Part shown: positions 1 through 14,662 of the stretch, in pieces
Position numbering within the stretch: position 1 is the stretch's first letter
How the letters are laid out: each line of letters starts with the position of its first letter
Assembly: GCF_006345805.1 (NCBI RefSeq)
Contig: NC_043008.1
Location: 34,844,001 to 34,908,000 of the forward strand
Direction: 5' to 3'
Source of the DNA: Octopus sinensis
Taxonomy: Eukaryota
Length of the DNA: 64,000 nucleotides
Program-made: the position numbers and the translations under genes
Notes under the pieces: generated by a model
What the model was told of the DNA's origin: nothing
The model's input: only the letters and a program-made list of their open reading frames with translations
The model's database searches: none

Positions 1-695
1 AAGGTCATGGGGGCTTTATGTTAGCGTACGGTGTGCGTAGAGGCACAATGTGTGTGTGTGTGTGGGTACAATATGTGTGTAGGGGTATATATTAGGGGTA
101 TCCGCTTTGTTGGGGCGTGCGTGTATGTACGTGGGTGCGTTGGTGTATGCTCTGGTCAAACTCTTTGCTGGGCTCGAAGGTATTAGTGGAAGACCGAAGT
201 TGGGGGACTGGTGGTTGTAGTCATGGTGGGGCGCACAGGTACGATAGGATGTACTTCCTTTCATGTGGGCAAGAATTAAACACTTCATTTCTGCTATTCA
301 GGTAAATATCCGGGCTCTGGCTGCCCTTTAAAATCGCCCTCTTCTCTGCCAGGCATAACTTGCACTTCCTGCTGTTATTGAAGAACGGTTTATATTTCTC
401 CAGGATCTTCCACTTTATGTTGTTCTCTGTGATGCTTTCTTTCAAAGATCAAATGCGCTTGGTCAGGGTTGTGGAGCTGCATCTCTCCAGGATGTTGAAG
501 GAGGACTTGTGGTTGTTAAAGCGGGTTCTGAAAGGGCCTTCCGTTGCTTCCACATACTTCTGCACGTTCAGCTGCCCATTGGGTCCTATAACTTTTATCT
601 CTGCTTCGTAACAACAGTCTCTATGTTACAGTGACAGTTCAGTGGACATGTTGTGTTACTCTCGCATGAGCACCCTTCCTCTGTCTCGAGTGTAA
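1..695 (-). mobile_element. Penelope-like element, decayed C-terminal GIY-YIG endonuclease plus 3' UTR (runs off the window start)
   Basis: Minus-strand translation: GCSCESNTTCPLNCHCNIETV-(frameshift)-YEAEIKV...KYVEATEGPFRTRFNNHKSSF...TLTKRI*SLKE...IKWKILEKYKPF...RKCKLCLAEK...LNSRNEVFNSCPH. This matches the PLE GIY-YIG pattern with YIG decayed to YVE and a W-to-stop change. Confidence 0.85.
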
Positions 696-1609
696 GCCTA
701 CCTACTAAAATCCTTTTTTACACTAGGTGCACAACTAAATGAGATTTTCAGGGTGTGTCTATTAAATATTTTGTTGAATCTATTTGTACGGGGAAGTGTT
801 TATCAACTAATCTAAGGAAGATCTTACCTACTCTGGTTTCAACATTTAAAGAGAAGGGCGGAAAGTATTGTGGTTCGCACCGCCCATCTCTTTAAATGTT
901 AAAACCAGAAAATCCGACCAAGCAATATCAGCAGAGAAAATTCGAACGTAAAATGATGATGATGATGATGACGACGAAGATTATGACGTCGATGATGATG
1001 ACGACGACGGTGATGCAAATGTGCCGCCAAAAATTATGTTAACCAATGTGTTGTCTGTTGTTTGCTTTTAAAGACAGTAGGATTGAAGGTGATTTGGAGA
1101 AGCTCTTTCTGGCAGACTGAACGATTACAGATCTTATTAACCATTGGTTGAAAAATTGAACTAAACTGATTATTTTGTGAGAAGGGCATACATAACATAG
1201 CTAAATTATTAGGCCATATTGTGAAATTCAAAAGAAACCTATAAGTTGATATTAAATGCAGTGAATTAGAACAAAACGAAGAAAGACAGATTCAGTCTTT
1301 TAGCTTTTCTAGTTTTAAGAATTAAACGATTTAAACATAATATATTCAGACAAAATGTGACACATATACATCTTGAGGTGACCGCTGCTGTAATCGAGAT
1401 GTTCTGGTGATTTATTTGTATGAATTTGTGAATATACAATTGTGTTGTATAATGTCGGGCATACGTATTTATGAAAACATGTAAGCATAATTTCTTCCAT
1501 GTTGAAATTAATACTACGTGAAGGAAGTTGCGAAACGGCCTTAACCTTAAGGACGTCAAGTGGCTAAATATATATCCATTCACCTTTTGGTTTTTATGAT
1601 TTACATATA

Positions 1610-1651
<42 letters not shown>

Positions 1652-1781
1652 GTGTGTGCATTGCTGCTTCTTAACCATTCTGTTGGCGATCGTATCTCGA
1701 CCAACATGTGTCCCCTCTACCGAAAAGATAATTATTTCTACGCCAGCTGCTATGTTGTTGTTTTTGTCTCATTTGGTCTAA

Positions 1782-2092
1782 AGTCGTAAGACAACCACCG
1801 TTATATTTTGTTTATCCATTACTGTTTTCAATTTCGTTTTCGTCTCTTGTATTTACATCCGTCTCTTGCGTCTACATTCTTGTCTTCTACCAAGAAATCT
1901 AATGCTTACAGCTTAGTTTTTTTCTTGGGGCTGGCCGAGTTGGAGCAAATATCAGAATTGAACAGCCGAAATTTGCTATGATGATTCGGTGTCTGACTGA
2001 AGATTGAAGGCTTCGAATGATTTGTCTGTGTTCCGTGTTCGTCCCTTCCTGTATTTCACGTTCTTTATATATATAAACATTTATTCTTATAT
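1782..2092 (+). mobile_element. Non-autonomous interspersed repeat of about 310 bp (copy 1)
   Basis: Near-identical inverted copy at 15261-15575 with the same termini (agtcgt... and ...attcttatata). Both copies end in (TA)n. Confidence 0.85.
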
Positions 2093-2774
2093 ATATATTT
2101 ATATATATATAAGTAATCAAAGGACATACTAAGTATGTCTACCTGCTGGAAATAACAGTCAAAACTCTTATTTAAATCGCGAAAATTCACTGATAATAAC
2201 TACACAAATCAACCGCCAGAAGGCAAACGAACCAAGACAATCTCTCAGTAGACATTCAAGTATTTGGACTCACGTGGACCGGTTTCTGGTCTAGCATAAT
2301 AGCCTAATCTTCCTCTGCACGTGTTACCATAACAGAGAGCCCCAGATCGTCGTGTTGAAGTCTCCGCTGCAATTGATTCGTTTTGCGCTGAAATCATGGC
2401 AGCCATCATCGTGAAAATAATTTCAATACGGAGCAAATAATTCACGAGAAAAATAATTCACGAAAAATAATTTGCGAAGATGTCATTGATTCTGTTATTA
2501 TCTAGTAACAATTTAAAAATGATAAAAGCAACAAGCTGGTAGAATTGTTAGCACGTTGGAGAAAATGTTTCACGATATTCCTTCCAGTTGTTTATATTTC
2601 GAGTTCAAATACCCCGGCAGAAATACCATAAGTGAATCAATGACAGTTAAATGTCATTTTAGTTATTTAATAAGAGGAGAGACGACAAAACAGAGACATA
2701 TGCATTGACAAACAGCATGAGGCAAAGTAGATTTGGCCTAAATGCTTACGAACGACAGAAGAAGAAAAAGAAGA

Positions 2775-3020
2775 AATGCTTCCTTTTCGAGCCACGCCAG
2801 GGTCATAAGGGCCGGTTTCCCGGTTTCAGTGGGGTAGAAATTCCCCACCTGGATGGGACGTCGATCCGTCGCAGGATTACTCACTTTTGCCAGCTGAGTG
2901 GACTGGAGCAACGTGAAATGAAGTGTTTTTCTCAAGAACACAATGTATCGCTCGGTCCAGGAATCGAAACCACAATCTTATGATCATGAGTCTAACACCC
3001 TAATCACTAAGCCACGCGCC
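2775..3020 (-). mobile_element. tRNA-derived SINE (V-like family)
   Basis: tRNA-like head on the minus strand (A and B boxes) and a central ttgagaaaaacacttcatttcacgttgctccagtccac motif. Homologous to 33725-33975 and 61217-61530. Confidence 0.85.
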
Positions 3021-3324
3021 ACAGGAACGATAGAAGACTTCGGTACAAGCAGCGAAGAATCAGACTGTGGTGTTAAGCCGAGTGACAGATGAATTCTATC
3101 ACTTTATCACGGCTACATTGCGGCCTCGTAGATCTTATTGAAGATCATATTTACCACGCCTGTCTTCAAACTTCACGGTAGAGAATACTACTTTATCATA
3201 TAGCATTGTGGTGGGGTGGGGGAAAGGAATCACGGTATTTGTTTCAATTTTCGCATTTTTAGTCTAACATTTTTCCTTTTCACTTTTTATTTTCGTTGTA
3301 CACACACACACATACTATATATAT

Positions 3325-4437
3325 TGTTACGGGACCCCCGCGAAAGCTGTTACGGAATCCCTCACACAGGCCCGATCGATCAGCTAATGTTAGCCACGGA
3401 AACTCGGAGAGGAGAGAGATACAACAACTACAACAACAGCAGCAGGAAGAGACACAGAGACACAGCGGAAGGCAATTGGCTTACATTTAACGTACTAGTT
3501 TATAACACTTTATAATTGTTACAACATCAAATATATCAGATACATCAAAGAGGAAATACATGCAAGTAAAACAACACATCAATGCAATAACAACAGCATT
3601 TAAGAAACAACAAATCAAGAAACAGGTATACAACAGATCAAAGCATTTAAACATGCAGATACAATATGCAGTCCGGAGACAACAGTTCTGTTTCAAATCA
3701 CATTAACGTTACAGTTCAAAGGACATTAAAGGCATATACACAGTTCAATGTTCATTAAAGACTACAACAGAGTCTCTCTCTTTCTTTAACAGTTCTGTAA
3801 CACATATCAACACAGTTCACATTGTTCTTTTTACTGTCTCATTTCTTTTCCAGCCTTTATAACACATCGACAAGTCCTTTACTCAGTTCACATATCAATA
3901 CAACAATTCACGTACCGTTACAGTTCCTACTATAATAACTGTGCCTTCCCTCCGCCGTAATCTCTCTCCATCGCCGCTTAGTCCTATGTGCATGTCTTCC
4001 TCAGCCCCTCATCCTCTCACTCTACTGTCATCTCTCATGACAAGCTCCCAACTACCGACTGCTCGCCTTGAATCCCAAATGCTGACTGCTAAATCCAACT
4101 GCCAACCGCTTGCCTTGAATTTCAAATACCGACTGTTTTGCCCTGTCTCTCTCTGCGCTTCCCTCTGCCGTAATCTCCCTCTCTCTTAGCTCTGTAATAC
4201 TCTCTGCCTGTCTTCCTCTTTCACATTCTCTATCATTTTCTCGCTTGTCAGCTCCTCAGATTCCTTAATCTGTCTTCCTCAGCCCCTCAACATTTCTCTC
4301 ACTGTCTCTCACAAACTGAACTCTAATTCACCTGAAAGGTCGGGGAGTTTCCCAGAGCTAATCAATCAACCCGCATCTGGCAGAACAATGGATTCATTGC
4401 CAAAAGTAGGTCGCCGGCTCTGTCCTTAAGTTGAACC

Positions 4438-4443
<6 letters not shown>
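3325..4443 (-). mobile_element. Solo LTR (probably Gypsy), about 1119 bp
   Basis: TGTT...AACA termini with atat on both sides (3321-3324 and 4444-4447) inside TA-rich DNA. No PBS or PPT is adjacent. A tataaa followed by a GU-rich tract on the minus strand suggests the orientation. Confidence 0.75.
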
Positions 4444-4494
<51 letters not shown>

Positions 4495-4842
4495 ATACAT
4501 ACACCTTTTATCTATTACTTATTTCTGTCATTGGACTGTGACCTTGCTGGGGCACCTGCTTGAAGGGTTTTTCCGATGCTCTAACAATTCTACCAGCGTA
4601 TCGCCAAATCTCTTTACGTTAAAGAGTCGAATGAATTACGAACACATATTCGTCTAACAAGAGAAGTTATTCTCCAATGATATAATACAACAGTGAGTAA
4701 CATATCCACATCAGAATCTACCGGAACGTATAAAAAGAATGAAGTAGGTTATCGTTTATGGATTTCTAAGTAAACGATAGAGAATTACTTTAAGTTAGAT
4801 AAATGTTTTAAAATTTGTTTGAAATGCAATAGGTAAAACTCT

Positions 4843-6429
<1,587 letters not shown>

Positions 6430-7517
6430 ATTTTAAAAATATTATCGTCATCATCTTCGTTGTCATCGTTGATGCCTGTTGTGTGGCTGTCGTTGTTATT
6501 ATAATTATTACTGTTGCTGTTTTGCTTGTGTGTGTAAGCACACACACACACACACACACACACACCATATAATCTATTTCTTTCCCTATAATTTTATGAT
6601 CTCTTTTTATTCTTTTGGGGAAATTCTATTCCATTTCTTTTACCTTTCTTTCCGCAAAAGTTCATTTATTCATTTCTTTCTTTTTTTTCTCCATTTTATT
6701 TTACTTTCTTTCAAAGACTTTTTCTTCGTTCTTCATCTTTAGTGGATCTACATAAATATTTAAATAGAAATACGGTATATCTATCTTACCACCCACTCCA
6801 ATCACCACCATCACCTCCTCTGTAGCCATCGCCACCGCTGCCGTCACCACCACCACCACCACCACCACCACCCACCGCCATCACCACCACCACCACCCAC
6901 CACCACCACCACCACCACCACCACCTACATCATTTCAACATCAGCAACAAACCTGAAGAAATGATTTCATCGGTTGGTTTATCAGCAGAAAACCATAACC
7001 GTAAAGGCATTCAGTTGAGCATGAAGAGAAAGCCAGAAAGCTGGAAAGAATCGGTTCCGACAGGCAACTTAGCCGTCTATCATAGGATTATTGACTGAAT
7101 ATTGCTGATGTTCCTGTTGCTTTTTTTCTCGCTTGTCAAAACTATACACGCACGCACACACACAAACACACACACATATACAAACACACACACATTTACA
7201 CACATGCAGACACTTCACACACAGGCACACATATACACAAATACATACATGAACATATACACACGTACGTATATAATATATATATTATATATATATATAT
7301 ATATATGTATAAGTATATATACATTATATATGTAAATAAATATATGCATATGTATATACATATACATACATATATATGTAGGTATGTTACACACCTAATG
7401 TATACATATATACATATAGATAATATACATACACACACAAATACATATAAATACACATATGTGAATATATATAAATATAATATATAGTGTCTATATATAT
7501 ATAATTATACATATATA

Positions 7518-7558
<41 letters not shown>

Positions 7559-7816
7559 ATATATATGTATGTGTGTGTGTATTATGTATGCATGTATGTT
7601 TGCATATATGTATATGTGCACACGCGTGTTTAAAGATAATTGCACAGAAATACACACTATACATACATTTATGTATGTATATATATCTGTGTGTATCCCT
7701 ATGCATGCATATGTGGATTTGTGTGGGTATAATGAGTGCGATTGGGTACACGTGAATATGTGGATGTGTTTCAGCAAATGCGCGCGCAACACACACACAC
7801 ACACACACACACATAT

Positions 7817-8140
7817 GACAAGACGTGCTTTTGCCTGTCTCTTCTCAAAGCTCGTTTTTCCAGTGTTCACCACTTCACATCATCCTGGCTTGACAGTCCT
7901 CACCGTTTGTTTTCACTGTTTTGTTCTTACTGTCCTGCCTTTGTGACCACTTTTACTCTCCGCAAAAAATCCTAAATTTTATTTAATTTGCTTTGCTGGA
8001 AGGACTGCTTTAACGAAGTCGCGTCTTGTCCCTACCTTCGAAACGCGGAGTAGATAAAACAAGGGACAACTGATGAAGGGAATGTTCTTTATATTGCCAG
8101 TAAGGTTTTTAATTCAGTCTTTGGATAACACTTTCGAGTC
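7817..8140 (+). mobile_element. Short PLE pseudo-LTR-like repeat carrying a hammerhead-like motif
   Basis: About 320 bp of complex sequence between (CA)n tracts, containing GTC, GAAAC and CTGATGA with matching stems. The PLE assignment is inferred from the known association of hammerheads with PLE pLTRs. Confidence 0.55.
8020..8080 (+). ncRNA. Candidate hammerhead ribozyme with permuted topology
   Basis: cgcgTC (8020-8025), ttgtccct (8026-8033), GAAAcgcg (8040-8047), agggacaa (8062-8069), CTGATGA (8070-8076). Stems I and III are in exact register; stem II is weak. Confidence 0.5.
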
Positions 8141-8300
8141 AGTTGAAAAGCAAACACACACACACATACACACACACACGCACACACACACACACACACA
8201 CGCACACACACGCACACAGACACGCACACACACACGCACACACGCACGTACACACACCAACACACACACACGCACACACACACACAAACATACACATTAC

Positions 8301-8700
8301 ATAGACGCAGGAGCAGCTGTGTGGTAAGTAGCTTGGTAACCAACCACATAGTTCCGGGTTCAGACCCACTGCGTGGCACCGCGAGCAAGTGTCATCTACT
8401 ATAGCCTCGGGCCGACCAAAGCCTTGTGAGAGGATTTGGTAGACGGGAACTGAAAGAAGCCCGTAGGACACACACACACATATATGTATGTGTGTGTGTC
8501 TGTTTATGTTTGTGTGTCTGTGTTTGTTCCCTCTATCATCGCTTGGCAATTGATGTTGGTGTGTCTACGTCCCCGAAACTTAGCGGTTCGGCAAAAGAAA
8601 CCGATAGAATAAGTACTAGGCTTACAAAGAATAAGTCCTGGGGTCGCTTTCTTCGACTAAAGGCGGTGCTCAAACATGGCCGTAGTCAAATGACTGAAAA
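8301..8700 (+). mobile_element. Bipartite tRNA-derived SINE (CORE-like family), full length
   Basis: tRNA head, gcgtggcacc...gcaagtgtc central motif, internal CA/GT microsatellite, conserved tail ...cagtcaaatgactgaaa. Confidence 0.9.
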
Positions 8701-9399
8701 AAAAAGAAAAGTTTCAACGAATTTCTCAATCCCCAAAGACAATGTATTAAAAAAAAAAGACTTTGGGCTATGAATAAGGTCATAAGATCTTTGGACACAC
8801 GCGTTTCTCTGCTGTTGTGTCTACCCCCTGTGTGAGTGGACCTGAACATGTTAAATATAACGGCTACGCTTATCTTTCATTCAAAGTTCCAAAATATTTA
8901 ATCTGATTTTTAAAAACTTTTCACTAAGTTCCGTTCTGAAGAACTCCATAGGTATCTAAAACATGAATTAATATATACACATGTTCAATCTTATTTAACA
9001 TACTTGTGTACACTCGAACGTGGGAAGATCTTTCGCTACGGATATATTCTTAGGAGAAATATCTCTTCATAGACATTATACCTAAAAACACATGAGATCG
9101 GAGGACGCATGCGTTTGTACATTGTTGTGCGTCTGCCCATGCATACGAGCTACTGAACGTGTCAAATATTAGTTACGCATATATCTTACTCAGAGTTGCT
9201 TCATACGATTATACTCTGATTATTCCCGCTTAATCAAGCTTTACGCATGTCAGCAAATGTATTTGCTGTTTATACATAAGAAGTACCATTGTTACAAGGC
9301 TGTGAGCGACTGATTCGGTATTTGTAGCTGACAACGTGTAACCACATAGAAACGCATACGTTCTACGATCCGATGGTATCATTCATAGACCAATGATGT

Positions 9400-10260
9400 G
9401 TTTTCATACATATTGACTACGAGGAGAAATTTATCCCGCAAATATGTCCAAAGCGAAAGGTTATACACGATTGTACATGCGTTTATTTTATTCAATGCGG
9501 CTTCGTGCGACACTAGTTTATGTATCTTTAATCTTTATCGAAATTCTAGAAGCTGTGAATTCTTTCAGCTGAGTTGGGGTAAGCATTGTTGTATAAGTGT
9601 TGTCTCAATGTCTTTCCTTTAAATTATAACGGAATTGATATCGAGAAATAATATGTCATTCTGTATACTGGAATTCTTAATCACCTCCTGAAACTATGCA
9701 ATAATAACGAAGACACGGTGATTCCATCTTCGGTTTAGCGATTCTACTGCTACACACATTACACTTCCCGGTTGTCTTACAAAAGCAGGAAATCATTTTC
9801 GAAGGCAACTTTCTCCATCCGGTTGTTCTCTACAATGAAAATTAATCGCACTCATCGAGCAGAAATTGCAAGCATGTCGATGATAAAGATATTACACTGA
9901 CTTCTGCACTTTCCGGAAGACCTCAAAGAATGGCTTCTCCGAGTAAACACAGTCATGATGGAATTTACAATCATTTACGATGAACCACACAGAATCGGTG
10001 AGAAGTAGTGACAAGGCAAAGCTTTCAACCATTTCTCGATAGATTTGTGGATGTGTTATAGAGTAAAGCACTTGTAGCTAGCGCATTCAAATCAATGCGA
10101 TCTCTTTATGTCACGGAACAACAATTCGTCATGTTGAAGGAGAACACTCTGAACATTTACGAGACATTTGTACAGCCTGTAACGCTTCGCAATGTAGGTA
10201 GGTGGTGTATGACTAGAAATTAGATGGAATAAGTGAATGTTTCTATCATACACAGCTTCT
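9400..10260 (+). mobile_element. Possible very old RTE-like LINE remnant
   Basis: Only faint similarity to the RT C-terminus (LNIYETFVQPVTL resembles the IY..VVRPV.LYG..W pattern), with many stops. Confidence 0.25.
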
Positions 10261-10984
10261 TAGTATTCCATTATCAGAAAAAATCCTTTATCTGCAAGTC
10301 GAGGCTGTAGAAAAGTAAGTCTTGATATTCGTGAGGAGTGAATGTCATCTTTTAGGGTACATCTTAAGGATGGATTGTAAAATTTCTACTCAGATCGCCA
10401 AATCAAGTTGCTTCTACGCTGTTCAAGCCAACGAGGGGGTTTCTTTGTAGTCGTTCGATCTGTTAGAAATAGAAACCAAATAGCTCTCAAATAGCACCCT
10501 ACAATATACTGATAAAAAAAAATATATGTAGACATAATAATCCTGAAAAAACCTCCAAAAATACGTAAATGTTAGAGTTTAGTGTCTGGTAGATAAGGCC
10601 TAAACTATGGAAAAAAAAGCCCCAACAGGATCAACAAAAACAACGACAACGGAAGCAGGTAACAGTAATAGTAACAACTTCCGTGTTGTAGCAGCTGTGG
10701 TCCGCAAGCTTTTCTTACAGGAAGATTTACGTTGACATTTTCACCACTGGAGCTTTCATAAAGAAGCCTAAAAATGGTAAAGAGGCTCTGAAGAAAAAAA
10801 AGTTAAAGAAACTCTTGAAAGACTCTAAATACATCTTATTGTTACAAATATAGCTTAAAGGAAACCCAAAACACAGCTTATGGCGACGACAATGTTTATA
10901 AAAAATAAAAGTTTATCATGTGAGAAAGTGGACCAATTTTTTTGAGTTTCCATTGTATCTAACAAAATTGAAGTTGTTATTAGT

Positions 10985-11960
<976 letters not shown>

Positions 11961-12617
11961 TCTACTGGAAGCTATCAGGTACATTCTTCTTAGCAATAAC
12001 TTCACAATAACTATTTCATGTATTTATGTCAACCTTGGATTTATTCTACAAATGGCAATGAAGTATGCATTTACTAAGATTCTACGTTCTTATGGTGGAG
12101 AGATTTCGATATATTGTTGAGTAGAAATCCAGGAGATTGAACTGGTTGAAGTACAGGCTGCTTTATTCCCGATGACGCGGAACTAATCGGACTCTGCGGT
12201 GCCGAAATGCCGTTGAGTCACACTGCCTTAGCTTTTCTGAAATCGGAGTTGATGGTGTCGGGAGTACGCTTACTTTCAATGCCTGTCACGCTTCTGTAGG
12301 GGTTAATCAGCCCACATTTAGAATGAGAAGAGAAGTTGGGCATATGAACTTTGAGCATAATAGAAGATGGAATGTGAGCCGAGGCAGTTCATACGATTCT
12401 CTATCTTTAAGAGCGTGACTAACCCTACAGTTTCATTGTTTATTTTGAGATGTTGGTTTTCGTATTTGTTTCGTTGACGGGATTTTTTTAATAGATTCTT
12501 GATTGTGGAAGCGTTGGTTTCATGCATGCATGTATGTATGTACGTATGTATGTATGTATGTATGTATGTATGTCTGTATGTATGTATGTATGTATGTATG
12601 TATGTATGTATGTATGT

Positions 12618-12656
<39 letters not shown>

Positions 12657-13230
12657 GTGTTGTAGTGGTGGTGGTGGCGGCAGGCGCTCTTCCGATAAAA
12701 TCGAGGAAACTGAATCCATTGGCATTTCATATTGCTTATATAATCTGCCTGTTGAATTTCATGGGGGAGAAGTGTCGCCCTTTCACGGTGATGGGGTGGG
12801 ATTTTAATTTTGAATGCACAGAGCCCGAGCTGATACCACAAGGTTCACATTCAACACCCTTAAATTTGTGCCAATCCACCGACCTCAACTGATACTTTTT
12901 TCATCGATCTCTTCAACACGCGACACGTGGTACATCTTACATCTGTCCAGGCAACGTCATAAGAAAGTTAGAGGTTGTGAATCCAACCAACTAAGGGATA
13001 ATATCTATCCAATATACTGCTGGTAGAATACCTAATTATTAATACACAAGTGTTTTTTATCGCATTGCAGTTACATTACTGAATGTACTAAATGGGAGAA
13101 GGTAAAGAGATATTTTACCATTAATTTATAGAGCAATAAGAAAATGGAGGCCTTCAATAGGTGGTTCACCAACTTTTAGACATAGTATTATGTCTAAAAG
13201 TTGATGAACCATCCATTGATCCCCTATTGT

Positions 13231-13274
<44 letters not shown>

Positions 13275-13284
<10 letters not shown>

Positions 13285-13490
13285 GGGAGAGTTTACGAAA
13301 AAAACAAAAGACGAAGACAGGTGGTGTACAAAACAAACAGATGTATTAGTATAACGCTCAGGAATAGAAAAAGTCTTTTACGTTTCGAGCCTACGCTCTT
13401 CTACAGAAAGGGACACAGAAAAAACAAGGAGAGAAACAAGGAGAGAAAAAAATGTGTGCGTAGTGGCTAACGATCTATCATGGCGAGTAT
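13275..13490 (-). mobile_element. PLE pLTR-like short element with a minimal hammerhead-like motif
   Basis: Minus strand reads cttt-CTGTAGA-a-gagc-gtag-gctc-GAAA-cg-TA-aaag. It abuts (TA)n. An inverted homolog lies at 29800-29945. Confidence 0.65.
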
Positions 13491-13559
13491 ATGAACTCGA
13501 GCTGCACACACACACACAGTATTTACTCTCTGCCGTATAGGAAGCCAAAGCAGGAGAAT

Positions 13560-13770
13560 GTCTATATCCATAAAAAAATCCAATCAGCTCAGTTCCAATT
13601 AGGAACCTAGCAGCATGTATAAATAGTCAAGTTTCTACGCTTCTTGACCCCAAAAGAATGAAAGGTTAAGCTGAATTTGCTGGGATTTGAACATACAGCG
13701 CAGAAAACCGGAACAGCAGTCACAAAAAATGATTTGTCCTATGCTCCAGCAATTCTGCTAATTCGTCCTT
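13560..13770 (-). mobile_element. Degenerate Meta-domain SINE
   Basis: cttgacccc-aaaagaatgaaagg-ttaagctgaatttgctgggatttgaac resembles the reverse complement of the Meta-domain body and the B box. Confidence 0.6.
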
Positions 13771-14662
13771 GTAATTGGTTTTTAGTTTCAGGTAAGTTCT
13801 GATCAAGGATTTAGAAGTTGGCAATATATGTTTTTTTCTTTCAAATGTAGTATATTTGTGCGCTTTTTCGTGTTGAGTTCTGCAGCATAGATAGCTTCAT
13901 AGTTCCATCGTGTGTGTGCCTGTGAATTATGATTTAATTTGAGCCAGTTAAAAAACGTACCAATAACTCACCAACCATAGCCAATAAAACTAGATAACTA
14001 ATACTACTTTGTGAACTAAATGCGCTCGACCTTCTATAGTGATGTACATCTAGCTTTCTTCTGAAACCAATTGATTTCTAAAGACTCAGTAACGTTTTGT
14101 TATCGCATAAAAAAGTGCTAACCCGACTTGGTGTGTATTGCAGTGGAATTCCACGAAGACACAATGCGACTATTCGCCTCTTTTAATAGACTAATATGAA
14201 ACAGATTTAGCATAACCTTCTTCAGATATTATTTCGATTGGGGGGAATTTTTCTGTTAGCATTCGTCTGCTTATACTGTTACAAAACATCCGTTTAACCT
14301 TTAATTTCAATGAAGGCTGGCTACATGATATTGATCACTGTTCATGTGAAGAAACCTAAAACGAAAAGTTAAAAGTTAAAAGAGAGGAAAGAACAGACGA
14401 TAATGAACTATAGAGAAAAAAAAAGAAAAGAAATTTAACCAAAATGAAAGACAAAAACAACTCGACACGAAACACACGTGATCTGTTAAATATCTGATGT
14501 TTCTTCGGTCATGTGATAATATATTGGTATAAAGTTATCTTTTACCCTCCGTCTCATTCATGATATTTTTTTCGTTATCATTTCAAAGATAGCTATAAAT
14601 ATTTATAACTTATAGTTAGTTATAACATGTTACACGTAGATAAACATCAAAAATGTTAAGAT

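Noticed and set aside
1975-2030. Hammerhead in the 310-bp repeat (ctgaaga...cgaatga)
   Set aside because: GAAA is absent, there is no stem I partner, and the second copy has lost a core base.
6953-7040. 88-nt minus-strand exon (ttccag...cag|gtttgt)
   Set aside because: The donor is weak, the peptide is unrecognisable and no partner exons are evident.
12130-12480. PLE N-terminal coding remnant or hammerhead (ccgatga...gaaat)
   Set aside because: Protein similarity is too faint and the ribozyme stems are out of register.
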